DNA of 64,000 bases from the NCBI GenBank assembly GCA_904063045.1, contig CAJFCJ010000017.1:124001-188000 (forward strand), read 5' to 3'. Origin of the DNA: Dimorphilus gyrociliatus (lineage: Eukaryota > Animalia > Annelida). Below the pieces are notes generated by a model. The model was not told the origin of the DNA and did not search any database. It saw only the letters and a program-made list of their open reading frames with translations. This document shows, in pieces, positions 39,715 through 54,000 of the stretch. The first letter of the stretch is position 1, and every line of letters begins with the position of its first letter. A program made the translations under genes and the position numbers.

Positions 39715-42543
39715 TGAACTAACCCAGAAATATTTTTTTAAGAGAGTCTATTGTGTTGTTGAATAAAAAGTTGGGAAATTCTTACTTTTGTGAAACCACA
39801 CTTCGGTAATATTAATAATAATAATATAAATACTAATATTAATATTCATAATAGTAACAATAAAACAAAAAATCAGTAAATATCTACTCTGTTCTTTACT
39901 TTCTATTTTTATTATATTAAGTTGTTTTCTATATAGAAACAAAAGATAAAAACCTTTCTTCACTACTCGATAAACAACTATACTCAAAAGAGAATATCGG
40001 TAGATTAGTAAATCGAAATATATCTCTATAGAAAGTGCATTAAAAAAATCATAAAATCTTTAATATATATGCTATATATTGATTTGCAGTAGGAAGTACT
40101 ACTGCAATACGATTCTCGTGCACAGATTATAATTTTACAGCATCGTTTAGAAGGGTAAATAGTACAAACAGTACATTTTCAAAATTTTTTCCCAAATTTC
40201 TACCTCTGTATAGATATATCTAGGTAAATTAATTGTTCATTTGCAGTCTATCTATTCCAGCAGACGCTCTATCTATACTATATATTTAGCGATAAATGCA
40301 AACTATTTAAATACGTTTACTTTTCCATTCTACTTTCCAACTAGGTATGACTATACGCCTATTATTTTGTATATAGTTTCATTTAGCCATGCAATTACTA
40401 TCTCGAAAATCATTCTGTTGAGGGCTTTTTTGCTATTTTACTCCATTTACAATATTGGCAGGCATAATTACAATGTTTTCCTGTTTTTCCTTTTTATTTT
40501 TACTCTTTTCGCAAAATCTCAACTCTTTCCTCGTCTTTCCCTCGTTTGAAATCAATTTATTAAATTATAGAATTTATCACTTTCGTTACTGACGATTTTT
40601 AGTTGCCAGTAATATCAATCTTTACTTTAATATACATAGTGTATATTCTGTATACTGTATATGTAGAAGAAGTCGAAAAATTCTCTCTCTCTCTCTCTCC
40701 TATGATCCTATGTTGTCATCCTTACTTATCGATTATGATTGGAGTAGTAAAGTCCTAGTTTGAAGACCATTACCTACATGGTCTATTTAAATGATAATAT
40801 TCCGTCGTATCGGAAACGTAGGAGAGAGAAGGGGGAAAAGGAAGAGAAAAAGATTGAATCTACAGGTTGCAGATTAAACTCTGATTTGAGATTGTTAGTG
40901 ATTTTTATGTGTTTTTAATGAAATTCATTTTTCTCCAGGGTAAAAGATTCTTGAAATACTAGACACAAAGAGCAACTTGTTAATCAATTGAATATGAATT
41001 TTACTCTAGTAAAACTATTATCACGGATGTTTAGTATAGTCAGAAATTGGATGAAGAAAAACTGGCAACATACCTCTCTCTCTCTCTCTCTAACCTTGCA
41101 GAGGAGTAAAAGAAGAAAGTAAGAAGAGAAATAATCCGAAATATGCTGATACGCTTTATAAACTAATTTCTATTTGATGTCGATAGAAAAAGTTTCGTAA
41201 AAATGAAGGCAAACCGAGTGAAAGATTTAGCGAAAGCTTTGTAAATAACCTAGATTTAGGAAGAAGGAATTATTGTTAAGAGTTTAAAGCGAATTTAAAG
41301 CGTCACTAATAGTGATATCAAAAACAGACGCTCCTCAATTTTATTTCTATTTAAAAGTTTAATCTGTCTTTTGAATTATAATCCTACTATGTTTGTTTGA
41401 TAGAATAATAGTATTTTTTCATTTTATATAAGAAATACTAACAAAGCTTTCGGGAAATACATCTAAAAGAGTCTTGGAAGAGAAATATTCTGTATATAGA
41501 AATCAAAGGTGATGATTATTGTATTATTGTCCTACGTATTATTCTTCTTAGAAGCGATAATCTAATGTACTTTAATAATTGAGTAATGATAAATATTTAA
41601 CTATTAGCCCCGTACTTCATTCGCCATTGATTTGTATTGTAAATTTATAGAATTACTAAAAAGTCTATAAAGAAATTAAAGTAAATTCGTCCAACTATCC
41701 GTTTCGATGAGTTAAGAAGCTATTAAGGTTTATGGGAGATCATTGATTGCTTCTAGGCTGATTACTAACGGTAGATTGAGAACTACATATTTCATTATGT
41801 TATACATAGTATGTTGAAGTTTGTTCTGCAAAGAAACAGATACGTTTGCTGAGAGAAGGAGGAAGAGATTTGGAAAAATCGACTGATAAAGAATCTTGGT
41901 TATCCTCTATCCCTCTCTCTCTCTCTCTTTCACTTTCCTACATCCGTCGTCTCTTTTTCCAATTTGAATAGATTTCGGATAAAGAAATTCATTTACAATT
42001 GCCTACTATTGAATACATTAGATTAGCTCCTCTTTTCCTCGTTTCTTTAACGCTAAAACTCTACTTTCATTATTAAAAGTATCCGCATATTATCTTGTTA
42101 AATATCTCATATGGAATATAAACGTACGATCAAAGATTAGATTCCAGTTGGACTGTAATTACTGAATTGTCAATCGAAACCAAAAATAAAGTGAAACTTA
42201 AATGAAATATTCAACAAGGAAGGAAGAGAAGATAACAAAAACTGATTAGATTATACGGAATACTCTTGAATATTGAATAATAAATAATTACCTTGCAGTT
42301 TCATAACGAATGGTGGATTTATTTGAATAATTCAATTTATTAATTATTAGCAGATTATACTTTTTAATAGATTTGATAAAAGATAAGGATAATTTCTCAT
42401 ATCTGCCTCTCTCTCTCTCTCTTTCTCTCTTTTGCAGTATTGCAGACAACATCCTTTATAATTTTATTGCAGAAGGAAAGTTATAGAACGTTTGAGACAT
42501 AAGAATTGTTTGAAATGAATATATTTACTTAATTTAATAACTT

Positions 42544-43407
42544 TTAAAATATGCCCATTTCGCATATAAATCTCTCGGAAGACATACAATAATCGTCGTA
42601 CCAAGATCTCTGATTATAATAAGAACTACCTTGAAGTGTACAATCTTCTCCCATATTTTTTTGAGGCTGAGGGTTACCAGGGTTACCTGGATTCCACTTT
42701 GTCCATGATGCTACTTCGCCTGTACTTAACCACCGATGCTCGTCTAAACTCGAATTATAAATCAGGCCTATATAGTAAGTTTTCGAAGGTAATTTTTTAG
42801 CGACTGCATCAAATTCATCTTTCGTTTCGTAAGAAATTAAGTAGGCGTGATAATTAGAGCAATTATTCAAAACATCATGGAATTTTCCAGAGTGCGACGA
42901 TACGTAGTAGCAATGATTTCCATATAGGTTTTGCCAATTGGTCGGACACATGCGCGAACAATGAATGGACTTTGAAAGGATTTGACAAATGGTATCGTCG
43001 GGACATTGGGAACATTGAGGAGCTCTAGATATCTATAAGAAAAGAGCAGATTTTATTGAAAATTGACGACTATATATATTTTATACCTCTATTCCTTCTT
43101 TCGGCGATGATAAAAGATAACCAAATTTGTTGGATGGGCTATTTTTAAATTCGTTATATTTCCTATATAATTTACATTGTTTCGTATCCTTTTCGTAGAT
43201 TGCATGCCAACATTGAATCGTTTCTATACAAACAATACCACAAGTAATCTTACTTTTATTAGAAACAACTTTTATTGGATTTGAATTTGAGTTGAAAAAT
43301 CCTGTTTTCTCCATAAAGTACGATGTTGAAAATTGTTGATTTCTATTTAAAGAATAGATATAAACACAAGAGATAGTTGGTAGGAATAGAATGCCAACAT
43401 ATTTCAT
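42544..43407 (-). CDS. Secreted PAN/apple + C-type lectin domain protein, about 269 aa, 2 exons
   Basis: Exon 1 43407-43087: signal peptide MKYVGILFLPTISCVYIYS and PAN-like ITCGIVCIETIQCWHAIYEKDTKQCKLY. Phase-0 GT-AG intron of 54 nt (43086-43033). Exon 2 43032-42544: ISRAPQCSQCPDDTICQILSKSIHCSRM, then the CTLD CPTNWQNLYGNHCYY...CSNYHAYLISYETKDEF...YYIGL...WNPGNP...EDC...WYDDYC...FICE. Confidence 0.9.
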
Positions 43408-45238
43408 CTTTACTCTCAAAGACGTTGAAGAATTTTCTATCGCTTCTTTATTCGGTCACCTTACTTTTAAACAACTAAAAAGAAAACAGTCTCTAACGAT
43501 TAATTGTACGTAATACCTTTTCAATGTCAAAGTTAATTGCACAAAGGTTTTTATTCCCAAGGAAAGATTAAATATATAACAGATTAGTTAACATTTTTAT
43601 AGGCTTAGTTGTTTTATCTATTCATTAATTAACCGGTGGAGGAGAAACTAAGTATAAAACAATATTAAAATCAATTATTCCTTCTACAGTAATATTTCCC
43701 TTTTTTTGACATTTTCTCCTTTATATTTACAGTATATATATATATTGTATAATCAATATTAATTAAATAAAATTCAACTTTAATTATGTTTACAAACGAT
43801 AATTCAATATTAGTTTTCCTTTTCTTTTATTGCGAATTCCTATCCTATTTTCAACAAAAGATTAAAGGAAGAAGGAAAGAAGTAAAGAGAGGAAGAGAAG
43901 GAAAAAAATTCTTGAATATTTTACTATTGAATTCCACCTCAACCACATCACAGCCATTACAAACCAATAACTTTTCCCTCAAAGTTAGTCTTACTAATTC
44001 TTCCGACTGCATATGCGGTGTACAACAGTTGAAATCTTCTTTTTCAACTATTCTAAGATACTAAGCTGTCTCTTCTACTTATCGATTAGTATTTGAGAAA
44101 AAGTCCTAGTTTTTAGACCATCACTTACATTCTATTCAAATAATAATATTCTAAAATACAGGAAGCGTAAAGGAAAAAAGAAAATAAGAGAAAAAAACAA
44201 GCCTAAATAGTATATGCCATCTTTTTTCTTTCGTCCTATATCTTATTCATATTCTCTTAGTCATTCTACCATAAATTTGTATTACCATCATTACTACTAG
44301 GCCTATTTTATATTTAATATTTAGGTTAAAACGAGCGGATAATACGACACGTACTTGTTGTTTCATAATACATTTTAAGTTGCATGACCAAATAAGGCAT
44401 AGAGAGATGAATTTGTTTTTTTTTACAATAAGTAAAAGTTTTAATTGACAAATAGTGAGTTTTTCTAATAGTATAAGTAATATAAGTAGAGAATTTGTTA
44501 GGCTAATAAGTCTTATTTAAATGTTCAATTAAGAAAGATGAAAAAAAAAACTGTTGGCAAGAGACCAATAACATCTTTTAATGACTAATTGATATATATT
44601 TAAAAGGGAAGACTACGAAGTTTTTTAAGTATACATATATATAGCAAGTATATACTGTATATACTTGAAAATATTGTAGGTATAACAGTAAAATCAATGA
44701 AAAAATGATGAATAACGCTATATTAAACAAAAAGTTTGTCATGGTTCCTTGGTGTAATTAATTAAATTTTCTATCAAACGTTTCAAATCTCTTAGATGTT
44801 ATAAAAACTATTATAAATATTGATATTGATTATAAGTGTGTTCAAAAAAAGCGTATTCAGATTAGAAATATTCTAAAAATAGATTACAGGAGGATGGTAG
44901 ATGCTTAAAGGTGGTTGTTACAGCAGATTAAATTCATCATTCAATCCCATATACTTATATAAACGTGCCATATTTACGCACTATCAAGCCTACACTATGT
45001 AAATACTCTCCTTCTCTCTCTCTCTCTCTCTCCTCAGATAAGTAATGACCTTGTCTAATTATAATATTGTTTATCTTCATTTAAAAAAGTATACTAAATA
45101 TGCAAAATAATAATAATTGATAAGTGAAACAATAGAAGATGATAAGGAATAAATGATAAATACATATTTAAATGTTTAGTACATAAATGAATCTTGTTAT
45201 TGAAGTCTTTACCTGTAAAAATTCTAAATGAAAGTTTG

Positions 45239-47671
45239 ATGGATCTATTTAAATTAACTGATGATAAAGAATTAACAAATATAACTAGTCAAGAATGTAT
45301 TGAATGTTTGGATTATATTATTTCAAGTAAGAGAGAGAGAGAGAGAGAGAGAGAGTGAATCGTAATTTCTCATTTCGTAAACATATCTTTATTCTCCTTT
45401 CTTTCAGATCCTATTCTAAATTGTAACGACGATGGCTATACTATTCTAAGTAATATCTATAATTTATTACGTCATTTCTCTAAAGTCTATGACATTCAGG
45501 TATAAAAATTCAAAAGCTCTGCCTCTCTCTCTTTATACTGTATACATAACCAATTTGTATTTGATAGAAAAAAGGTCTTTTTAGCCTAAGATCATTATTC
45601 CTTCATTATCCCTCTTCCGTGCAATACATTGGTTATCAAGCTAATCAGTAAGTTAATTAATAATTTTTATTCCAGCCTTCTGTTGTTATTTCCGTTTTGT
45701 TACCTTAAAATAAAGAGTACCTATACACGATTTCGTCATAAATTCAATAAGAGTAACGGATGTGAGAAACTATGAATATTTTGGAGCTTTATGCGACCTA
45801 ATTTATCATATTGCGGCAGATAATGGTTTATTTTCTCTTCTATAAATTAGTTTTTTAATTAGTTAATTAATTAATTATTTTTTGTACTCATACCAATTTT
45901 CAATTCATTTTAAGGTGTTATGCAATTAGCTTTTATGAATAAGAACGTTCATCGTTTATTGAATAAGAGGCTGCACGAAGCGTTACCAGCTTTAAGAATA
46001 AATATAATACGATCGCTAAGAGCTTTATGCCTATTCAGGTAAACTTTTCAAAGATGCTAAGTATTAAGAAATTCTAACGAAAATTTCGTTATTTTTGTCA
46101 TTTTTAAGCTTTGAACATAAAGAACAATTAATCAAGCTTGATTTCCATAAAAAAGCCTGTAAAATCCTTAAGGAATCGGCTCCTCCCACAGATTTGATAA
46201 TTAATTGCGTAGCTTTGGTTGCTAGTTTATGCGACAATGGTAAGTTTTAGAGGATTTTAATGAAACACCGCATTTTTTTCTATTCAAACCTTATGAATTC
46301 TCTATGATGAATTAATCTAAAAAATAACCTTCCCTTCCCTCTCTTCCCAACACAACAGATATTGCAAGAGATTACTGCGTAAAAAATGAATTAATAAAGC
46401 AAACGTGCCAACTTTTAGAGGATTGCGAGTCAATTCCACTTAAGGAAGTTGTGATGGAATTTTGGTGTATATGTTTACTTTCCGGTTCGTTTCAATCGTC
46501 GGATATTCTTTAATTGACAAAATTTATATTTTTGTCGTTCTTCTATCTCAATTCCTTTCTTATTGCTATCGTCATTATTATTCTTCTCATTCTCTTCCTC
46601 CTTCCTTATTCTCATAAACGTTTTTTAATTTTTAGAAAATCCGATCGATTCAAACGATGTGATAAGATGTTGTTCTATAAGAATAATTCCTTATATTCTT
46701 AACGAAAATCTTAATTTAGGTAAAACATATCCTCTATATATCATATATAAGTAATAATACTGCATATACTGTATAACATAGTAAATGTCTAATCTTAATT
46801 GCAGTCTTTCATTTCAAATGCGTTCAGTCATTAAACCTCTTAATAGACTCAGACACGAGTGTCCCTCAAAATGTCATTGCCGTCTTAAAGCTTGGTTTCA
46901 AATCTAATTGGCTACCGCTAATCTCAGAATCCTTAGCTTTATTATCTCTACTTTGCCAAGTGAAAAGAAACGTTCTACGTGGGGAAGAACAAGAGTTTAT
47001 TAACCTTTTAGTATGCCACTACGAGAATTTACCAGATGAGAATAGTAATTAGACAGTTAAATAAAACTATTACATATACCATATATATACTGTATATATA
47101 TAGTATATCTTTATCTTGAAACCGCATTATTAGCTCTTATATATTTTATGCGGTTTCCTCCCTTTATCGTTACCTTATATTGTATATTCGTGTACTTTGT
47201 GTTATTTAGATTTAAAGGAAACAATGGAAATTAGTATTTGGTATTTGATACAGGATTCAGTCACCCTAAAATCTCTTTTAAACTCTTCAGTAGAGCAAAA
47301 GAATTATACGGTTAATTAATTAATTCCCCTTTTAACAAGAGAATTTTCTTATCATTATCATCCTGTTTTCTCCCAGCTTGCCCATTGTCTTATACTGTTG
47401 GAAAAGGATAAGAAATTAGCTCTTCAATACGCACTTCGTATGAGAGATTTTCCGTTATGTAAAACCCTTTTGCAACACGTAAGTAGAAAGGTTTATTGAA
47501 ATTATTACCAATTCAGAAGTGTTTGTTCTTTTCAAGGGTACAAACCATTCATCAAAAGAAATTGTAGCAGATTTTCTAAAGGAAGGAGATAATGATTTGA
47601 TTTCATTAGTTTTGAAAAACTTTGGCTACTTTCCAAAAGGTTTCTCTTTCAATTGCTTTAAGATATATTGC

Positions 47672-47721
<50 letters not shown>

Positions 47722-48020
47722 TTTATGTATACTGTAATTCAATGGATAAAGAGGGGGAAACAATTCTTCTTAATTAAAATCTTAATGAATTGTTTTTTTT
47801 TTAAAAAAAAATGAAGATCAAGCTCTTAGATGGTGTAATTTTCAATTGGATAATCTGCAACCGGAATGGATAATTAAAGCATTATCAAAAGATATTTATG
47901 AACCTTCATTATCGGGTAAACCAAATACAATAAAACTCAAGTACAATAACCAGAGAGTAATTTATTTTTCTATCTCTTTCTCTGTATGTCTGTTTCTCGC
48001 TCTCTCTTTCTCTCTCTCCT

Positions 48021-48060
<40 letters not shown>

Positions 48061-51000
48061 CCTTAGAAATGGGAAAATATTTAACTTTACAACTACAAAG
48101 GGTATCTGAAAAAATTGAAAAGGAACAACACGTTCAAAGACCAAAATCCAGTAAACTGAAATTCAAGTTACCCGTCTTTAGACACGGTTTGTTCCATTCG
48201 TTCAATATTTAGGTAATATTCTTCTCCATCATTGTAGAATATGTCTTTCTAAAGGATCGGTCGCCAGTCGAGAAGGTATTGAATTTAGAAGGCAATCTCT
48301 AGCAAATAGTTTTCCACCATTAACGTCAAAACGCAACTTAAATCGTCAATATTCGGATAAAATTTATAGAAATATGGCGCAAAGAATGATATTTGTTTTC
48401 GACAAAGAAGAATACGAGTTTTGGAGGAGTTCGAGTATCAGTTCATGTCAAGTAGCCTTCAACGCTCAATACGATATTCGATTTCGTTATAAAAACGATA
48501 GCGATAAATATGTCATGTCGATTGAGGAAGCAAGTAAGAGAATAATCGAAATATTCATTAATTTCTTTAAATGTCATTGAATTAAATAAGCTATAATATA
48601 GATGTTATTTGGAAAAGAAGAAGTTTTGGTTTCTCCCAAGAGAGAGACTATAATTTGTCAAATATCTCCCAATTAGAATCGTTAGAAGAGAGTTTAATGA
48701 TAGATTCGCAAGATAATGAAAATAACCGTCCATTTCGCTATAAATCTAATGAGGATTTAGATACGTCTTACGAAGAGCTGGCAAAGAGCGATTGTAGTCT
48801 AGAACTTTGCGAAAATGTACGAAAACATAATTCCTATAGAGAAGAGAGAAAAAATTTAAATATCAAAAAGATAATCGAAGAGAAAAAGTCCAAAAGTTTT
48901 ATGGCGTTAGGTATAACTAACCATTATTCAACTACACGTATATTGTATACATTTCTTATTCTCTTCTTCCTCTTCTCCTTCGATGGTAAAAGGAAAAGAT
49001 GGTAGATTTAGATCAAGCACTTTGGATAGGGAAATCAACATCTCCTCTCAAAACCAAATAAGCAGTTTTGATCTATCTTTGAATAATTTAACTTCCTTAA
49101 ACTTTCTAAAAGTTCCAAGTCTAAAACCATACATTTCCAACATTTCGTATATTAACGCAAGTGGTAATAAGATAGGGAAAATTCCTGTTGAAATGTTTAG
49201 AAACTTGCCCCTACTTAAAGAACTTGACTTGTCGAATAACGAAATAGAAGAATTACCAAACAGTTGGACTTGTCATAGATCGTTGGAAAGTATCAACTTG
49301 AGTAATAATAGAATAGAATCTATAAATTACAGTCAAGTTTGTATGAGCTTAACGGAATTGTTAGTGGCAAGTAACAAAATTAAATTATGGCCTCAACAAA
49401 TAGCCAAGATATTTCCAATGTTAAAAATATTAGATCTATCAATGTAACTAACAATAGACTTTATTATCTTTAATATACTAATCTAATTATTCAACAGGAA
49501 TCATATTCAACTTTTACCTAACAAATGCATTGATTTAAGACTTCTTACTAATTTATCAATTAGTAATAATCACTTGAAAATCATACCCGAATACTTTCTA
49601 AGACACTTTCTAAGTATAGAAACTTTAAAATTATGCAATAACTTAATAGGTAGGCCTATTTGTATATAGTTTATATTATTGGATTATATATTTATTTATA
49701 TTCTCCATCACGACAATTAGAATATCTTCCTAGCAGCGAAACTGCTCACAAACTCCTTAAATTAACTCATTTAAAATTGGCTAATAACAAGATTAACTGC
49801 TCAAAAACAAATTTGACGTCATTTGCCTTTATTCTTGCTCTGCCCAACTTACGAACGCTTGACGTTTCTAGCAACGAAATATACTATCTACCGAGACCTT
49901 CGCTATGGATAAGCCGTAGTTTGACCGAACTGCTATTATCCCATAATTCTATTGAGAAGGTAGAAATACTCGTCGCCTATTTAGGTTATGTATTCCCTCT
50001 ATTGTTATTATCTAATCAATATTCTATTTAAGATTGATATAAATCACAACGAAGCAAAAGATTGGCGAAAAATAGAAAGGATAGATTTATCATTTAACAA
50101 TTTAAAATGTATATCTAAAGAAATTGGACATTTGACAAATTTGGCGTCACTTAATCTAAGTAACAACCCTTCAATTAAGTCTATGCCAGACGAACTAGGA
50201 AGATTATGCCATCTATGGGAATTCCCAACAACTAATTTAAATTTAGACTTACCCGATACAATAATTAATGGTAGAACAAGGGATTTAATAAAATTTTTAA
50301 ATCAAAAACTCAGGAAATCGAAATGTTTGAATCAAGTGAGATTAATAATAGTTGGAGATGAAAAAAGCGGTAAAACATCAATAGCGAATAGATTAATGTG
50401 TAGTAGCGGTAATAGTAAACAAAATGTAAAAAATCCATTTAATATATGTGGAATGTTTGTCTCGGAATGGAAACCTTTTAGTCGGAAATATATAATATCA
50501 ATATGGGATATGTTCGGAGGAGAGGACGTCTATTCAATAAACATGAAATTCTTTTCAAAGAGAGCAGTCTATATAGTAAATATTTTGAATATATAGTTAA
50601 ATCACCTTTCATTGTCCTACATACTTGTTTACCCTTTGAATAGATAGCAATAAATTTGTTAGAAGAAGAAGGATGTTGGAAGAAATCATTAAAGAAATGG
50701 TCATGTAATATTTACAGTAAATCTCCTTACTGTCAAATAATTGTTGCGGCAACTCATCTGGATAGAATTCTACCAAAAATTCGTACGAAAACTGTTAGTA
50801 ATTTATTCAAGATTGTACGAAAAGAGATATCTAACGCGAATTTCGGAGTTGTTAAAGAGATTGTTGTGCTCGATGCGAGTAGAAATAATCCCGGTACAAA
50901 TTTATTAAAACAATCGGTTCTAAATACCTTTGACAGGTAGATTGTTTACGTTTAATTAATTAAAATTCAATTAAGCCTATTATTCCCTTATAAAGGTATG

Positions 51001-54000
51001 AAGTAAGTGGTCAAAAGGTAATTGAAGAAAAAGTTCCTGCCGCTTACATTGTAAGTTATACATCAATTCCTCATTAACTATTTATTCATTAGTCTCTTAA
51101 TTAAAATTATAGAAACTTTGGAGTTTATTAATAGGCTCATGCGGTAAAAAGAATATCATAACTCATAATGAACTAAGAGAGATGGTAAAATCTAGTTCCC
51201 TTGACCTATTTGAATCAGAAATACGACAAGCGGGTAGATTTCTTCACGATACTGGCTGCATATTGTATTTTAGTAAAGATATGCCAAATTTATACTTTCC
51301 CTGCCCTTTAATTCTCTGCAATATCCTTTCCGATTTCCTCACCTCAAATCCTATATCAACTGTCTCTACTACGGCAATAATAGATTCGAAAAGTGTACAT
51401 GACGCAGCCAAACAAATTAACTTACCTGAAGAGATGAGAGGGCAATCTATAAATGCCCTTTTAAAATTTGAATTAATCATTCCAGTTTGGGAGGATCAAT
51501 ATTTATTGCCAATTAAACTGGACAAACATTTTAATAGATATCAAGACTTTCTAATAGAATACGGAAAGGACGAAAATGTTATAGGAGCAAAATATATTTG
51601 TACGTTTATACCCTTTGGATTTTGGCCTAAATTATTAAGTTTTCTACTTAGTCAAGTAGATAAAACTGTTCCAAAGGTATATTAATAAATCATTACGTAT
51701 TTATTTCTAATTTTACGCTATCAATCCAAAAAATGGAGATTAAAGTGATAATAATAGTTGCATTTTTCTAGGAAAACCTTCATTACTGGAACGCAGGAAT
51801 TTTAATAATCCTATCTAAAGTATTTTATATTCTTTCTTTCTTTCTTTCTCTCTCTCTCTCTCTCTCTCATTTCTTCTATCGTTTCTAGGAAGACTTTTAT
51901 AGTATTAAAATCGACAACGACAATCTAATTATAAGCGTTAAGCAATCTGTAAACGCTTATAGAACTCTGGCCAACATCATTGGAAAGATTGAAACGCTCT
52001 TCAATGAATGGTACCCGAATCTTCTTACAAGAGATGGTTTTGGTGTGCAACACGTTACAAGGGTTGCTTTGTGCACAAAGTGCCAACATTCGTTCGACGT
52101 CGAATCTATCGAAGAAATATCTTGTCATAAAGATAACATTTGGTGTCCAGATCACCGCGATTTCGTAATTATAAACTAACATTTTCCCTACTAGTTAGCG
52201 CCATCTGTATTATGTTTTAAACAAACTCTTCAGATTTTATTGGAAGATCTAGTACCGGATTTTTATTTGAAATTTCTAGAGAAGCACTTGTTATTTGATA
52301 AAAACGATACGAATTTTAATGAAAAGTTTGTATTGTTTCCATATTTATAAACTATGTAAATCAATAGACATTTAACTAATGACAATAAAACTTTTGAACG
52401 TTTCCAGAAGCTCAAAGAGCTTAGGTTATGGAGCGTTTAGTAGAGTATTCAAGTCATTATTGAAAAAGAGACATGTTGCTGCAAAGGTCTATTCTAAAAA
52501 GGCAAGGGGACAAGTTATGTATGAGTTGTTAATACTAAGTACAATTAGACATTCTTCGATTATTGAATTATACGGTATATTACCAAAACCACCAATAATA
52601 TTCCTTCAATTGGCTCCGAAGGGATCTTTAACCGATATTTTAAAAGAGAATTTATCAACTTGCCTAAAACTACAAATATGCTTGGAAATTATAGAGGGTG
52701 TTGAAAAATTACACAATTCTAATATCATCTACAGAGACCTTAAACCAGACAATATCCTAGTCTTTTCTTTAGACAAAACCGACGGTATTCATATTAAATT
52801 AACTGATTTTGGAATTGCCCGATGGGTACCACCCTTCGGCTTAAAATCAAATGAAGGAACTCCTGGCTACAGGGCACCGGAAATTATAAATACCGTGATA
52901 TATTCGTTTATGGTATACATAATTTAAGTAAACAAAGATAGAAAGCTAAATAAAAGCATCTCCCTTAGGCCGATGTATTTTCCTATGGAATTACGATTTA
53001 TCAACTATTTTACAATGGGAAACATCCTTTTGGAGATGCTCATTTTCCAGCCCAATTGGAAGATTCTATTGTTGAGGTATATTAAATACTATTATATCTA
53101 TAATATATTAGTATATATACAATTGTCGTTGTTTTTAAGCTATCGGATTCTAGCCCGTTAATAAGATACGACTCTCATTGGATAGGCATTCAATCGTTAA
53201 TTGGTTCATGCTTAGCAAGCCAACCGGAGAAACGGTAATGTGTTTTTAATATATAGAATATAAGTTATATTGTTTGATTTATTCTGTTCACTTCTCTTAC
53301 CCAAACAAACAAACAAACAAACAACAAAACACAGATGGAAACCCAATAAAATAATTGAATATTTAAATAAAGATTCCATTTTGGGATTAAGATCTCCGGT
53401 TCCAATCTCGGAGAATGTTGCTGTTGAATGTTGTTGCGTCACTCCAGAAGGATTTTTATTTATGGCCTGTTGCAGTGAGGAAACTGTTTATGTACAAAAA
53501 GTCGACACAATTAACAGACAGTCGCAGGTTTTTTTTTCCTTTATCCTTTAAACAAAGGAAAATTTATCAACTAATAATGCATTAACTATCTTCTTAAATA
53601 ACATTATAGGGTATTCACATTCCTGACAAACGGTTTATCTGTGTTTGTCATTTCGACGAAAGGGTAATATTCGGAAGTCAATCGGGGTTATTATGGATCT
53701 TTACTGTCAAAAGTCTACAAAAGAATCATTATATTAATTCAACTGGTGATGCTATTGTCTGTCTTTTAACCGTAGCTCAACAGTTAGTCTATAATAGAAA
53801 TTCTTATGATTCACCTTTCCTTCTAAAAAGCTAATAGGAAATTCTTTTTTTCATTAATTTTCTATTGAAAGGTCAAGTCCAAAGCTTTTAGTTGGCTTTG
53901 CCGACGGAAGCGTTTCTTCCTACAATCTTAGAGATGTATTATCCGTAAGAGCCTACTTTATCTCGAATTATTTTCCATTCGTTTAACGCAACTTCTATGA

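Noticed and set aside
44690-45238. Open stretches upstream of LRRK2-like ATG 45239 (e.g. DVIKTIINIDIDYKCVQKKRIQIRN and MLKGGCYSRLNSS...)
   Set aside because: They may be 5' exons, but no phase-consistent path into the 45239 exon was found, so they are not annotated.
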